DNA of 64,000 nt from Sandaracinaceae bacterium (GCA_044220955.1 JBGAQA010000011.1:32001-96000); one strand, 5' to 3'. Positions 51,742 through 63,365 are shown, counted from the first letter of the stretch. Notes: generated from the letters alone by a model not told the origin. A program made the numbers and translations.

Positions 51742-52368
51742 TCAGCTGGACGCGTGCGTGATCCGGTGCAGCCGCAGCTGGCGCTTCTCGTTCGTCCCCT
51801 CCTCGACCGTGTTGAGGATCGTCTCGGAGCGCTCGAGCACCACCTGCGCGATGCGGACTCGGCGCCGCCCGGTCGAGCCGTCCTGCCGCGTGTACGTCAG
51901 CGCGACCGGCGTTCCCTCGAACCAGGCTTGCTCGACCGCGGCCCGGACGGGCTCGAGGCTCGCATGCCCTGGCACGCCGGTGAACGCGAGCGAGCCGTTG
52001 CGGGCGTCGAGCTGCCGCTGAGCGCTCGGCGGCAGTGCCCCGCGCACCTTGTCGAGCGCGGAGGCGAGCGTCCGCGTGAACGGGAGCAGCCGCAGCTCCG
52101 TCGCGAGGCGGCCCAGCACGAGCAGCACGATCGCCTCCCGCACCGTGAAGTTCACGGGCGGCAAGCTGTAGGTGCGGTCGAGCGCGTAGCCGCCGCCGCG
52201 TCCGCGCTCGGCGGCGAGCGGCATCGAGGCGTCGCGCAGCGTGTCGAGATCCCGGTACATCGTCCGCACGCTCACGCCGAAGCGCCTGGCGAGCTCCTCG
52301 GCCGTGACGCCCGTGCGCCGCGCGCGGAGGGCCTCGGCGATCGCGAACAGGCGTGCGGAGCGCTTCAT
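51742..52368 (-). CDS. HTH_11 + short WYL-like domain transcriptional regulator (YafY-like)
   Basis: R..RLF.I...LR, T.EELA.RFGVSVRT.YRDL..L, GRGGGY, LPPVNFT..EA; C-terminal Y....G....R.V...R.LRL.RI. Confidence 0.85.
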   Translation of the reverse strand: MKRSARLFAIAEALRARRTGVTAEELARRFGVSVRTMYRDLDTLRDASMPLAAERGRGGGYALDRTYSLPPVNFTVREAIVLLVLGRLATELRLLPFTRTLASALDKVRGALPPSAQRQLDARNGSLAFTGVPGHASLEPVRAAVEQAWFEGTPVALTYTRQDGSTGRRRVRIAQVVLERSETILNTVEEGTNEKRQLRLHRITHASS

Positions 52369-52413
52369 GGCGCCAAGCTGACGCACAGCTGACATCCCGT
52401 CGAGGACGCGGGC

Positions 52414-54870
52414 TCACCCGAGGATCGAGCAGCTCCCCATCGTCTCGGCCGTGTTGTTGTCTCTGTGGCACTCGACCAGCGAGGTCGACGGCGTGTCCGT
52501 CGGGTCGTCGACGACGACGCGGAAGCGGACGACGTCACCATCGGGGCGTCCGGTGAGGTCGTAGGGGATCGAGAGGCCTTCCGACTCGCCTGGCAGGAGT
52601 GTCCGCGTCGTCACGAGCCGCCCGAGGCGCACGAACGTCCCGCCCTCCTCGACGTAGACCGTCACCGGCGCGCCGGGTGCGGCCGCCGCCCAGCCCCGGT
52701 TCGACACCCGGAAGTTCAAGGTCATGCGCGCGTTGCACATCGTCAGGTCGACGGCCAGGTCGGTCGGCACGAGGTCCGGCACGTTCGTCGCGCCGGGCTG
52801 CACGTTCTGGCGGAAGTCGTCGAGCCCGGCGACCGACCAGTTCGGCCGCTCGTGCGCGGGGATCTCTCCGGAGTCGCTGACGTTGGTGATGTGATAGGTG
52901 TGCTCGTTCCACACGTGTCGCGTCGCGACCCAGTCGCGCGTCGGGCTCGCGAAGACGCGCACGCCGTGCGTGCCGAGGTTCTCGCCCGCCGCGAGGCGCG
53001 CGTTCTCGCAGGCGCCGAGGATGGAATCGGCGACGCACGTCGCGAAGCTCGGGCCGCCGTAGTCGTTCGACGCGACGACGATCTCGGCGTGCCCGTCGTC
53101 GTTCACGTCGGCGACCACGGGGTACTCCCAGAGCGTCGCGGTGGTGTTGCACGCGCAGAAGCGCACGGTCCCGTCGCGCCCGTCGTACACGCGCAGCCAC
53201 TGCTCGTCGCTGTACACGGCCTCGGCGGCGCCGTCGCCGTCGAAGTCGAACACGGTCGAGCCGGTCTTGCGCGACGAGTGATCGCGCGTCGGGCTCGACC
53301 AGTGAAGCGCGCCGGTGGGCTCGAACACGACGAATCCATACGCGCCGGCGAGGGCGATCTCCGGCTCCGGGTCGTCGTCGAGGTTGGCGATCGTGGGCGG
53401 GCCGCCTCCGCCGACGGCGCCGCTCGCGACGTCGGCGGGCGGGGCGAGGCCCTGGTTGATGTCGACCGGGCCCCACGCGATCGAGCCGTCGCGATGGAAG
53501 GCGCGCAGCTCGTGGTCGCCCTGGTAGGGGGTCGGGTGGAACGCCGAGAACACGACCACGACCTCCGGCATTCCGTCTCGATCGAGGTCTCCGACCGCGG
53601 GGTAGCCGTCGTTGAAGTCGGCGCGGTGGTCGTAGACCGTGGTGCCATCGAAGCGATAGACGACGTTGCCGCCGACGATGTCGAGCTGCCCGTCGCCGTC
53701 GACGTCGGCAGCCGTCGTGTAGTCGCAGGGGTTGTGCGAGCTCGTGGCCCATCCGCCCGTGCCGACGCAGTCGTGGTGCTGCAGGACGCCGCCCGTCCGG
53801 CCGTCGAGCACCGTGTAGCGGATGAACACCTCCGGGTGGCCGTCGCCGTCGAAGTCCGCGATCGCGGGCGCCGCCTCGGCGCAGACCACGCGCGGGTCGC
53901 TGCTCTGCCAGTAGAACGAGCCGTCCTGGTGGAACACCACCACGGGGCCGACGCCGCCCGCCCCCGACGCGCACGCGACGACCTCGACCCGGTGATCGCC
54001 GTCGAGGTCGCCGATGGCCAGCTGCGCGCCGGGGTTCACGCGGTGCGCGGCGTCGGTGACGTCGAAGACGGCGTGCCCGTCGTCCCCGCTCACGGCGCGC
54101 AGGATCCCGTCCTGGCCGTAGTTGCCGCCGGCGAACGAGGAGAAGAGGACGTCGGGGACGTCGCGCGCGTCGATCACTCCGTCGGCGTTGTCGTCGGTGA
54201 GGTTGGCGACCATCGGCGCCATCATCACCTGGTCGTACGTGGGCAGCGCCGCACCCACGCCGTCCCAGTGCCAGAGCTCGGTCGGGACGACGGCACCACC
54301 GGTCGGGTGGACGGCGCACTCGGCGCCCGTCGGCTGTGGGAGGCACTGGCCCAGCACCGTCTCGCAGTACTGGCCCGCGGGGCAGTCGACGAAGTCGACA
54401 CAGGGGGTGACCGGCGCGAAGCAGCGTCCGGCGGCGCAGACCTCGCCGGCGTCGCAGCAGACGGGCGCCCCGGCGGCGTCGGTGCAGCGCGCGTTCGTCC
54501 CGCACTCGATACGGCAGACGGCGCCCTCGCAGACCTCGCCCGCGCCGCAGCACGTCGATCCGCAGAGCTCGGCGCGCGTGCAGCACGCCGTGTTCGTCCC
54601 GCAGACCTCGCCCGTCGCGCAGCACGTGGCTCCGCAAGGGCGCGCCGTGCCGCACGCGGGCCCGGTGTCGCTCGCCGCCGCGTCCACGCTGGCATCCGTG
54701 AGGGCGCCTGCGTCGGGAGGCGGGACGCAGCGCGAGTCCAAGCAGACTCGCCCGCCACTGCACTCGCTCGACGCGCGGCAGCTCGGAGTGACGGGCCCGC
54801 CCGCGCAGTCGCAGCCGGCCGCGACGAAGACGACGAGCCCGAGCAGCGAGGCAAGAGCGAAGTGGCGCAT
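52414..54870 (-). CDS. Cys-rich FG-GAP/VCBS lipoprotein with CARDB-like domain (paralog of 7244-9793)
   Basis: Lipobox AAGCDC; SSRKTGSTVFDFDGDG.AE.VY.DE; WVATRHVWNEHTYHITNV...FRQNVQ; PDL...ECHRDNN. Confidence 0.85.
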   Translation of the reverse strand: MRHFALASLLGLVVFVAAGCDCAGGPVTPSCRASSECSGGRVCLDSRCVPPPDAGALTDASVDAAASDTGPACGTARPCGATCCATGEVCGTNTACCTRAELCGSTCCGAGEVCEGAVCRIECGTNARCTDAAGAPVCCDAGEVCAAGRCFAPVTPCVDFVDCPAGQYCETVLGQCLPQPTGAECAVHPTGGAVVPTELWHWDGVGAALPTYDQVMMAPMVANLTDDNADGVIDARDVPDVLFSSFAGGNYGQDGILRAVSGDDGHAVFDVTDAAHRVNPGAQLAIGDLDGDHRVEVVACASGAGGVGPVVVFHQDGSFYWQSSDPRVVCAEAAPAIADFDGDGHPEVFIRYTVLDGRTGGVLQHHDCVGTGGWATSSHNPCDYTTAADVDGDGQLDIVGGNVVYRFDGTTVYDHRADFNDGYPAVGDLDRDGMPEVVVVFSAFHPTPYQGDHELRAFHRDGSIAWGPVDINQGLAPPADVASGAVGGGGPPTIANLDDDPEPEIALAGAYGFVVFEPTGALHWSSPTRDHSSRKTGSTVFDFDGDGAAEAVYSDEQWLRVYDGRDGTVRFCACNTTATLWEYPVVADVNDDGHAEIVVASNDYGGPSFATCVADSILGACENARLAAGENLGTHGVRVFASPTRDWVATRHVWNEHTYHITNVSDSGEIPAHERPNWSVAGLDDFRQNVQPGATNVPDLVPTDLAVDLTMCNARMTLNFRVSNRGWAAAAPGAPVTVYVEEGGTFVRLGRLVTTRTLLPGESEGLSIPYDLTGRPDGDVVRFRVVVDDPTDTPSTSLVECHRDNNTAETMGSCSILG

Positions 54871-54947
54871 GACCCACCGTCGCACGATCGGCGGCCGGAC
54901 GTCATCCGTCGTTGACCGCGGTCGCGAAGGCCTCGCACCATGCGCGC

Positions 54948-56210
54948 GTGGCGCAGACCAGTCAGCCGGGCGCGGGCGAAGCGCTGCCCTATCCGTCGGC
55001 TCGCGCGTGGCTCGTCACGCTCGTCGCGACGAGCACGATGACCATCAGCTACCTCGATCGCCAGGTGCTCGCGGTCCTCGCGCCGACCATCACGGAGCAG
55101 CTGCACATCGGCGAGACGCAGTACGGCTGGCTGCAGTCGTCGTTCTCGCTCGCCTACCTCTGCTGTGCGCCCTTCGCGGGGCGCATGCTCGAGCGCGTCG
55201 GGATCCGGCGCGGGCTCCTCCTGGCGGTCCTCGCCTGGACGCTCGTCTCCGCGGCGCACGCGCTGGCCTATTCGATCGCCGCGCTCTTCGTCCTGCGCAT
55301 CCTGCTCGGGGCGGCCGAGGCGCCGTCGTTCCCCGGCGCGGCGGCGACGATCGCCCGGACCCAGCCCCCGCGTCATCGCGCGCGCGCGGTAGGCGTCCTG
55401 TTCACGGGCAGCTCCATCGGCGCGATGCTCGCGCCCATGCTCGCGACGCGCTTCGCGACCGTGTTCCACGGCGTGCAGGGCGCATTCGTCGGCGTCGCGC
55501 TGGTGGGGCTGGCGTGGGTGCCCTGCTGGTGGCTCGCGACGGCGACGCCGCCGATCGCCGATCGGCTCGGTCCGAGCACGGCGACGGGCCCCGCGGCTGC
55601 GACGCCGCGTCTGGTCGACGTCATCATGCTCGCGCCCGTGCGGCACGCGTGCCTCGTCGTCGCGCTCGCCTCGCCGCTCTTCGCGTTCGTCCTCCTCTGG
55701 GGGAGCAAGCTCCTGCACGACGGCTTCGACGTGCCTCAAGAGGACATGGGCCAGTATCTCTGGGCGCCGCCGCTCTTCTACGACCTCGGGGCGGTCGTCT
55801 TCGGTCACCTCGCGAGCCTGCACACGCGCAGGCACGGAGAGGGTGCGGTACCGGTCGCGCTGATCGTCGTGGCCGCGCTCCTCGCGAGCACGTTCGCCGG
55901 GGTCGCCTTCTGCACCACGCCCTGGCAGGTCGTGTGGGTGTGCGGGGCGGCGATGGCGGGCGGGGCGGGGATCTTCGCCATCGTCACCGCGGACATGATC
56001 GGCCGCGTGGGCCCGGCCCTCGCAGCCACGGCGGGCGGCGCCAGCGCCAGCGCGCAGTCGATCATGTACGTCGTGGCCAACCCGTCGATCGGCTGGGGCG
56101 TCGAGGCGTTCGGGGGCTACGGCCCCGTCGTCGTCACCATCGCGTTGCTCGTCCTGCCAGGAGCGCTCGGTTGGCTCTGGCTACGCCAGAGCACTACCCG
56201 GCCCGGGTGA
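54948..56210 (+). CDS. MFS transporter (ExuT/ACS-like)
   Basis: ISYLDRQ, G..LER.G.RRG, RILLG.AEAP.FP; about 12 TM helices; start uncertain (TTG at 54912 possible). Confidence 0.88.
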   Translation: MAQTSQPGAGEALPYPSARAWLVTLVATSTMTISYLDRQVLAVLAPTITEQLHIGETQYGWLQSSFSLAYLCCAPFAGRMLERVGIRRGLLLAVLAWTLVSAAHALAYSIAALFVLRILLGAAEAPSFPGAAATIARTQPPRHRARAVGVLFTGSSIGAMLAPMLATRFATVFHGVQGAFVGVALVGLAWVPCWWLATATPPIADRLGPSTATGPAAATPRLVDVIMLAPVRHACLVVALASPLFAFVLLWGSKLLHDGFDVPQEDMGQYLWAPPLFYDLGAVVFGHLASLHTRRHGEGAVPVALIVVAALLASTFAGVAFCTTPWQVVWVCGAAMAGGAGIFAIVTADMIGRVGPALAATAGGASASAQSIMYVVANPSIGWGVEAFGGYGPVVVTIALLVLPGALGWLWLRQSTTRPG

Positions 56211-56234
56211 TTCCCGTATAGTCCCACCCGCTCG

Positions 56235-57410
56235 ATGTCGGACGTACCGGAGCTGGCCGCACCACCGCTCGTTCTGCCTGGGGCGATCTCGGTCGCGCTG
56301 CTCTCGGCGGTCCTCGAGAACGTCGCGCAGCCGGTGTTCGTCAAGGATCGTGATCTGCGCTTCGTGCTCCTGAACCGCGCGTTCAGCGAGCTGGTCGGCC
56401 ATCCGCGCGAGGCGATGTTGGGGCGGACCGACGCGGACTTCTTCCCTGCGGAGGAGGCAGCGTTCTTCCGGAGCGTCGATCGGCGCGTGTTCGACGAGGG
56501 TCAGCCGCAGATCATCGAGGAGGAGGGCGTCACCGACTCGCAGGGCTCACGCCGCTCCGTGCGGACGGTGAAGTCGCCGCTTCGGGACGCGCGAGGCGAC
56601 ATCACGCATCTCGTCGGGGTCATCGTGGACATGAGCCAGGTGAAGGCGGCCGAGTCGATGCTGCGCTCCGCGAACGAGGAGCTCGAGCGCGCGGTCGAAG
56701 AGCGGACGCGGGCGCTCCGCGACGTGCAGCAGGCGCTGCTCCGCAAGGAGCGGCTCACCGTCCTGGGTCAGCTCGCGGGCGGCCTCGCCCACCAGATCCG
56801 CAATCCGCTCGCCGCGATGCAGACGGCGGCCGCGGTGCTCCGTCGCAAGCTCGGCGAGCACTCGGACCAGGACGTGCATCAAGCGCTCAAGGTGATCCGG
56901 GAAGAGGTCTGGGAGGCCAACCGCATCATCACGGACCTGCTCGACTATGCGCGCGTGAAGCCTCCGAGCCGCTCGGACGTCGAGGTCGAGCGCCTCCTGG
57001 CTTCGGCGCTCGAGGCGACGTCGCCGCCGCCCCGCGTGATCTTCCAGTGGGACGTGGCCCCTGGGCTGGTCGTGCGCGTCGACGAGCGGCAGACGCGCGA
57101 TGCGCTGGGCAACGTGGTCCGCAACGCGTTCGAGGCGATGCCGCAAGGCGGGACGCTCTCGATCACCGCGCACGCCGAGGGCGGTGTCGCGCTCATCGCC
57201 CTCGAGGACACCGGACCGGGGATCTCCCGCGACAGCATCAAGCACCTGTTCGAGCCGCTCGTGACGAGCAAGCCGCTGGGCCTGGGCCTGGGCCTGTCGA
57301 CGGCGCGCGCGCTGGTGGAGAACCAGGGCGGCACGATCCGCTGTGCGACACAACGCGGCCGTGGCGCGCGCTTCGAGGTGCGGCTTCCCGTTCCAGCGCG
57401 CGAGGGCTGA
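56235..57410 (+). CDS. Cytoplasmic PAS-domain sensor histidine kinase
   Basis: PAS VFVKD..LRF..LN, H-box LAHQIRNPL, N-box NVVRNA.EAM, DTGPGI, LFEP..TSK, GLGLGL. Confidence 0.92.
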   Translation: MSDVPELAAPPLVLPGAISVALLSAVLENVAQPVFVKDRDLRFVLLNRAFSELVGHPREAMLGRTDADFFPAEEAAFFRSVDRRVFDEGQPQIIEEEGVTDSQGSRRSVRTVKSPLRDARGDITHLVGVIVDMSQVKAAESMLRSANEELERAVEERTRALRDVQQALLRKERLTVLGQLAGGLAHQIRNPLAAMQTAAAVLRRKLGEHSDQDVHQALKVIREEVWEANRIITDLLDYARVKPPSRSDVEVERLLASALEATSPPPRVIFQWDVAPGLVVRVDERQTRDALGNVVRNAFEAMPQGGTLSITAHAEGGVALIALEDTGPGISRDSIKHLFEPLVTSKPLGLGLGLSTARALVENQGGTIRCATQRGRGARFEVRLPVPAREG

Positions 57411-57414
57411 CGCC

Positions 57415-57945
57415 GTGGCGCCCGTCTTCGTCACCACCTGGTACCTCGAGATGCGCGCGAGGCCGGCGCTCCGGCCCTCCGAGACGCCGCCGGGCGTCAC
57501 GCTCCGCCTCGAGCGCCCGAGCGTCGCAGCGTACCGCGAACTCTACGACACCGTCGGCGAGGCCTGGCTCTGGGTGGATCGGCGGCGCATGGGGGACGCG
57601 GAGCTGCATGCCGCGATCTCGGCGCCCCACGTCGAGATCCACGTCGCGCGGGCCGGGAGCGAGCTGGTCGGGTACTTCGAGCTCGATCGCGGCACGCCGC
57701 GCGAGTGCAAGCTCGCCTATTTCGGGCTCGCGCCGGGCTGGATCGGGCGCGGCCTCGGATCGTGGTTCCTCGGGCGCGCGGTGGAGCGCGCGTGGGAACC
57801 GGGGCCCTCGCTCGTGACGGTCCACACCTGCTCGCTCGACCACCCTCGCGCGCTCTCGACCTACGAGCGCGCCGGTTTCGTGTGCGTCGAGACCGCACAC
57901 GCCGACTTCGATCCGGGCCCACTGGAGCGGGCTCCCACGGGGTGA
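57415..57945 (+). CDS. GNAT family N-acetyltransferase
   Basis: YLEM, LY..VG..W.W, GYFEL, YFGL.P.WIGRGLG, HTCSLDHP.AL..Y...GF. Confidence 0.88.
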   Translation: MAPVFVTTWYLEMRARPALRPSETPPGVTLRLERPSVAAYRELYDTVGEAWLWVDRRRMGDAELHAAISAPHVEIHVARAGSELVGYFELDRGTPRECKLAYFGLAPGWIGRGLGSWFLGRAVERAWEPGPSLVTVHTCSLDHPRALSTYERAGFVCVETAHADFDPGPLERAPTG

Positions 57946-57982
57946 GCGTGTTCGACCCCTTGTTTCCGGGCCGAATCGCTTG

Positions 57983-58010
57983 TTGACAGGCCTACCTCTC
58001 TTTCTATAGT
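57983..58010 (+). promoter_or_regulatory. Near-consensus sigma70 promoter
   Basis: TTGACA (57983-57988)-16 nt-TATAGT (58005-58010), 34 nt before the ATG at 58045. Confidence 0.7.
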
Positions 58011-58044
58011 ACCGCCCTTCGAGGGGTCACAGAGAAACGCGTTC

Positions 58045-58455
<411 letters not shown>

Positions 58456-58486
58456 TCGCGGCCCGGCGATCTTCCGACGCCGCCGG

Positions 58487-59503
58487 TCAGCGCAGGTCCG
58501 CGACGATGCGTCCGGCCAGGGATGCCTCTTCCCGGCTCACGTCCAGGTGCGTCACGGCCCGTACGAGCTCGCCGCCGAAGGGCGAGATCCGCACCCCTCG
58601 CGACTCCGCCCGCGCGGCGAGCTCGGCGGGGGCGATGCGACGCGACGCGAAGACGACGATGTTCGTCTCGACCCGCGCGAGGTCGATCTCCAGGCCGGGC
58701 GCGCCGGCGAGGGCCTCGGCGAACGCGCGCGCGCTCACGTGGTCCTGCGCGATGCGGCCTCGGTGGTGCTCGAGCGCGAAGAGCGCTCCCGCCGCGAGGA
58801 TGCCGACCTGACGCATGCCTCCGCCGAGGCGCTTGCGGATCCGCAGCGCCTCGCGCACCGCGTCGCGCGTGCCGGCGATCACGGAACCCGCCGGCGCGCC
58901 GAGCCCCTTGGAGAAGCACGCGGACACCGTGTCGAAGGGACGCGCGAGCTCGCTCTCCGGGCGTCCGGTCGCCGCCGCGGCGTTCCAGATGCGGGCGCCG
59001 TCGAGGTGGAGCGCGAGGCCGAGCGCGCGCGCGCGGGCGGTCACGCGCTCGAGCGCGGCCTCCGGGACCACCCGGCCGCCGGCTCGGTTGTGCGTGTTCT
59101 CGACGACCAGCAGGCGCGTGCGAGGGAGGTAGTAGGCGTCCGTCGTCTGCGCGACCGAGTCGAGGTCTGCGGCGTCGAGGATGCCCGCGCTGCCCGCCTC
59201 CACGACCTGCACGCCCGCCCACGCCGCAGCGCCGCCCGACTCGTAGAGCCGCACGTGTGCGTCGCGCGGGGCCACCACCTCGTCGCCCGGACGGCAGTGC
59301 AGCATCATCGCGATCTGGTTGGCCATCGTCCCGCTCGGGACGAAGAGCGCCGCCTCCTTGCCGAGGATCGCCGCCGTGCGCTCCTCGAGGGCCCGCGCGC
59401 TCGGGTCCTCGCGGTAGACGTCGTCGCCGACCTCGGCGGCCGCCATCGCCGCGCGCATCTCACGCGTCGGCTTCGTGACGGTGTCGGAGCGGAGGTCGAT
59501 CAC
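58487..59503 (-). CDS. ltaE: Low-specificity L-threonine aldolase
   Basis: [57 protein letters not shown]. Confidence 0.93.
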   Translation of the reverse strand: MIDLRSDTVTKPTREMRAAMAAAEVGDDVYREDPSARALEERTAAILGKEAALFVPSGTMANQIAMMLHCRPGDEVVAPRDAHVRLYESGGAAAWAGVQVVEAGSAGILDAADLDSVAQTTDAYYLPRTRLLVVENTHNRAGGRVVPEAALERVTARARALGLALHLDGARIWNAAAATGRPESELARPFDTVSACFSKGLGAPAGSVIAGTRDAVREALRIRKRLGGGMRQVGILAAGALFALEHHRGRIAQDHVSARAFAEALAGAPGLEIDLARVETNIVVFASRRIAPAELAARAESRGVRISPFGGELVRAVTHLDVSREEASLAGRIVADLR

Positions 59504-61389
59504 GGACCGACGGCGGCGCCCTGCGCGAGCGCGATGGTGCGCGAGTCGCCGTCCGCGCCCACGTAGTAGAGCGAGAGGGCACCGTCCAGCGCGATGGGCG
59601 ACGGGGCGCGCACGGACACCGCGTCGAAGCCCGAGCCGTCGGCGGCCAGGATCGGGGCGCCGTCGTTCGCCGGACGCCAGTAGCCGATGTCGGCGGCGAT
59701 CAACATGCCGATGCTCCAGCGCGAGCCGAGCCGTCCCGCGTAGTAGAGCCGGTAGACGTGGTCGTGCAGGATCAACGCTGGGTCGTCCACGTCGTCGGCG
59801 TCGAACGTGATCGTGGCGCTGCGCGCGGCGTAGACGTGGGCTTGCGCACGCGCACCGTCGACGCATGAGGAGTCGGCGCCACAGATGCCCGCGCTCGGCG
59901 TCGCGCTCGCGCCGGCCGTGCCGAGCGTGAGCAGGACGAGCTCGGGCGCCGCTCCGCCGCCGCCCGCGTGGCGCACCACGAGCCGCGTCGGGTCACCCGG
60001 GACGAGCGCAGGCGAGCTCACGTCCCCCGCGAGGTCGACGACGACGTCGCTCGGGGCCCCGAGCGCGAGCACGTCCGCGCTCGCGCTCGTCGCGACCACG
60101 AGCGAGCGCATGCCCCCGTGGACGCGCGTCGCGTAGAGCGACCAGGCGCCGGACGCGAAGCCGAGCGCGGGGCTCTCGTACGCCTCGCCTGCAGCCGGAG
60201 CGAGCAGGGGCTGCGTCGCGCCCGAGGGGGCGCGCACGTGGAACGCACCGTCGCCCTCGAGCCCCGCCACGAACACCGCGCTGGCGCCGGCGCTGCCCAT
60301 CGCGGCGGCCGCGAACGCGAGGTAGGTGTCGGTCCCGTCGCTCGCCACGCTCGGGTCGCTCGCGCTCGCGAGCAGCGCCGCTCCCGTGTGGTCGACGATC
60401 GTGACCGGCCCGACGCGCGTCAGTGCAGCCGGCTGATCGCAGCCGCGCGCGCTCACGTCGAGCGAGCCGATCCGCGCCGGCAGCGCGCTCCCCGACGCCC
60501 CCGGGTTCGTGGCGCGGCCGAAGAACGCGGCACGGACGGGCGCGCTCGGCAGCGGGACCGACGCGCCGAGCGTCGTTCCGTCGTGGAGCGTCGCGGTGAC
60601 GCGGCCGCTCGGGTCCACCGTCAGCGTGTACTCGTGCAGCAGCCCGTCCGTGGGCGCGGCGGCGGTCCCCGCGATCGACTCGCCGAGCAGCAGCAGTACC
60701 TGCCGCCTCGCGGCGCTGACGACGACGGCCGCGAGCGGGACGACGTGGGCGCTCGGCCCGCCCTCGAGAAGACCAAGCCCGACGGCGTCGACCTCGCCCG
60801 TGCCGTCCGGCACGCCCAGGCGCGCGCTCAGCGTGACGATCGAGGCGCGCGGATCGAGCGGCTCGCCCAGGATGCCGCCGCTGTCGGTGCCGCGGTCGCT
60901 CTGCGGCGCGAACGCACCGTCGGCGGTGCGCACGGGGCCCACGTCGCCGAACGTCGTGAACGAGGCGAGATCGGCGCAGGGCGGGGCGGCGCACGCGAAC
61001 TCGAGGTGCACGCTCGCGCCGGGCCGCGTGCAGCAGATCTCACTGCTGGTGCCCACGCAGCACGAGGGCGCGGCGCTGCAGCTCGTGTCGCCGCAGTCGA
61101 CGCCTCCTCCCGCGTTCTGGTCCACACCATCGAGGCACGCGGCTGCGTAGGCGCCAGGGTCCGCGGCGTCGGCCTCCGTGCCGAGGCCGGCGTCGGTCCC
61201 GGCGCCCACGTCGGGCACCGAAGCCAGCCCGCCGTCGACGCTGCCCGCGTCGTCCGACCTGGTGGGCCCCGTGTCGGGTGCTCGGCCGTCGATTCCCGCA
61301 GAGCACGCGAGCGCCAGCGGGAGCGCGAGCGCGAGCCACGCCACACCGATCCACCCGGCACCGCGCCAGAGCCGACTCCCTGCGCTCAT
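59500..61389 (-). CDS. Lipoprotein with Cys-rich N-terminus and GH32/43-like beta-propeller blades (paralog A)
   Basis: Lipobox [13 protein letters not shown]..., [20 protein letters not shown] overlap with ltaE. Confidence 0.65.
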   Translation of the reverse strand: MSAGSRLWRGAGWIGVAWLALALPLALACSAGIDGRAPDTGPTRSDDAGSVDGGLASVPDVGAGTDAGLGTEADAADPGAYAAACLDGVDQNAGGGVDCGDTSCSAAPSCCVGTSSEICCTRPGASVHLEFACAAPPCADLASFTTFGDVGPVRTADGAFAPQSDRGTDSGGILGEPLDPRASIVTLSARLGVPDGTGEVDAVGLGLLEGGPSAHVVPLAAVVVSAARRQVLLLLGESIAGTAAAPTDGLLHEYTLTVDPSGRVTATLHDGTTLGASVPLPSAPVRAAFFGRATNPGASGSALPARIGSLDVSARGCDQPAALTRVGPVTIVDHTGAALLASASDPSVASDGTDTYLAFAAAAMGSAGASAVFVAGLEGDGAFHVRAPSGATQPLLAPAAGEAYESPALGFASGAWSLYATRVHGGMRSLVVATSASADVLALGAPSDVVVDLAGDVSSPALVPGDPTRLVVRHAGGGGAAPELVLLTLGTAGASATPSAGICGADSSCVDGARAQAHVYAARSATITFDADDVDDPALILHDHVYRLYYAGRLGSRWSIGMLIAADIGYWRPANDGAPILAADGSGFDAVSVRAPSPIALDGALSLYYVGADGDSRTIALAQGAAVGP

Positions 61390-63365
61390 GGGATCTCCTG
61401 CGTGGCCACGGCTGGCTGGGTCGTCGTCCCGTCGGTCGCCGTGTAGTAGAGGGTGAGCCGGTTCGAGGCGTCCACGCTCACGTCGGGATCGCTCACCGAG
61501 ACCGCGTCGAAGCCGCTGCCGCTGCCCGACAGGATCGCGTCGGGGTAGGCCAGCTCGAAGTGCGCGAAGTCCGGCGATCGCAGCACGCCGATGGACCAGC
61601 GCGCGCCGCGCCGCGCCGCGAAGAACACCCGGACGACGCCGCCGTACGACACGACCTCGGGCGCTGCGATCTCGTCGTGGTCGAAGGCCGTGTCCACGGA
61701 GGCGCGGTTGGCGTAGAGCGCGTCGTCGGGGCTGACCGGGCTCGCCTGCGTGTAGAACTGCGGGGTCTCGACGGTGTTGCGCGTCTCGAGGTCCGTGCCG
61801 AGCAGCGCGCTCGAGCCGACCAGCTCCACGGCGCGCAGCTCGGAGTGGGCAGCGTCCACGATGGCGCGGAAGACGATCCAACGGTGCAGGACCTCCGGCA
61901 TCCCGCTCCCGGCGGGGGTGAGCGTCTCGAAGTACGCGGGCCCATCGACGCCCACGGCGTGGACCGCGTCGGGCGGCACGAGCTGCCGAGGCACGCTCAT
62001 CGTCACGCGCGAGAGCACGTCCGTGTCGAAGTCGAGGTAGCCGATCGAGCGCGTGCCCGCCGCGTCGATCCCGGTGAAGAAGAGGCGGCGGTTCTCGTCG
62101 ATCGCGACGAGCTCCGGGTCGGCGATCCCGCTCGCCAGGAACGTCGCCTCGCCGGGCGCCAGGATGCGGTCGCCGGTGGGACCGGGGCGGCCCAGCGGCT
62201 GGAGGTGCCCGCTCGCATCGACGCCCGCGACGTAGATCGAGCCGTTCATCTCGTAGACGGCCCGGGAGCCGACGCGCGACACGCTGCGGATGGCGCCCGT
62301 CCCGGGGAGCGTCGTGAACGCGGCGCCCGGGGCGCGCGAGGGCTCGATCACGTCACACGCCGTGCGGCCCACCGAGACCGAGCGCACCCAGGCGTGCACG
62401 CCATCGAGGCCTGGGTTGGTGGAACGGCCGTACGCGACCACGTGCGCGGCCGTCGAGGGCTCGTACGGGCGCGCGCTCTCGAGCGTCACCCAGGTCGTGC
62501 TCGGCGGCACGCGGTAGTAGGCGTCGAAGGTGCCGGCCGGGCTCGTCTCGATCCGGACCTCGAGGTCGCCGCACGCGGGGCTCGCGATCTCCGCGAGGGG
62601 GTGCGTCGGGAACGCCACGTCGCCGGCGACCGCGCGGAGGGTCTGGTCGGTGGCCGAGAGGACCACCGCGACGAGCGGCCGCACGTGGACGCTGGCCGTG
62701 CTCGCAAGATCGGGCTGCTCGGTCAGCCCGACCGCGATCGCGTCGAGCGTGCTCGCGCTGGTCTGGCTGACGCCGAGAGTCGCCTCGAGGCCGAGCGCCC
62801 CGACGGTCGTGTCGAGGCTCGCGGTCGCGACCGCGCCGCCGTCGGACCGATCGCTGCCCTGCGGGGCCATGCTCTCGCCGGCGAGGCACGAGCCACCGTC
62901 GCTGCGCGTCGTCGCGAGCACCGGGCCCGGCGTGCCGAACGCGACCGCGCCGCCGATGCAGTTCGCGAGCGGCCCGGCGCAGCCCGCGAGCGCCAGCACC
63001 GGCGCGAGCGTCGTCGGCGGGGCGCAGCAGTCACGCGTCGTCGAGCCGACGCAGCAGATCGGGAGCGCGCCGCAGCTCGCGGTGTCGGCGCAGTCGGTCA
63101 GGCGATCCCCGTCGTCGTCCAGGAAGTCGGCGCACGCGATGTCGCTCGTCTCCCGGCCGGCGGTCCCCGAGTCCATCAGCGCCGGACCGAGCGCGTCGGG
63201 CATGCCGCCTGGGCCCGCGTCGTCCGAGACCGACGCCGCGTCCGTGCGGGCGCCAGCGTCGGTGACGAAGCTCGGCGTCGAAGCGCCCCCGGCGCAGCTG
63301 GGCCCGAGCGCCAGGCCGAGCAGCGCCGACATCACCAGCCATCCACGTCCTCGTTGGGTTCGCAT
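61386..63365 (-). CDS. Lipoprotein, tandem paralog B of the downstream gene
   Basis: Shared motifs CCVG...CC, APQ..DR..GG, GR.TNPG, FD.D...[16 protein letters not shown]; start may be 63332. Confidence 0.65.
   Translation of the reverse strand: MRTQRGRGWLVMSALLGLALGPSCAGGASTPSFVTDAGARTDAASVSDDAGPGGMPDALGPALMDSGTAGRETSDIACADFLDDDGDRLTDCADTASCGALPICCVGSTTRDCCAPPTTLAPVLALAGCAGPLANCIGGAVAFGTPGPVLATTRSDGGSCLAGESMAPQGSDRSDGGAVATASLDTTVGALGLEATLGVSQTSASTLDAIAVGLTEQPDLASTASVHVRPLVAVVLSATDQTLRAVAGDVAFPTHPLAEIASPACGDLEVRIETSPAGTFDAYYRVPPSTTWVTLESARPYEPSTAAHVVAYGRSTNPGLDGVHAWVRSVSVGRTACDVIEPSRAPGAAFTTLPGTGAIRSVSRVGSRAVYEMNGSIYVAGVDASGHLQPLGRPGPTGDRILAPGEATFLASGIADPELVAIDENRRLFFTGIDAAGTRSIGYLDFDTDVLSRVTMSVPRQLVPPDAVHAVGVDGPAYFETLTPAGSGMPEVLHRWIVFRAIVDAAHSELRAVELVGSSALLGTDLETRNTVETPQFYTQASPVSPDDALYANRASVDTAFDHDEIAAPEVVSYGGVVRVFFAARRGARWSIGVLRSPDFAHFELAYPDAILSGSGSGFDAVSVSDPDVSVDASNRLTLYYTATDGTTTQPAVATQEIP

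Noticed and set aside
51742..52368. WYL gene as marker of a phage-defence island
   Set aside because: Neighbours are gltD and an FG-GAP lipoprotein; no nuclease, methylase, toxin or mobility genes and no visible composition shift
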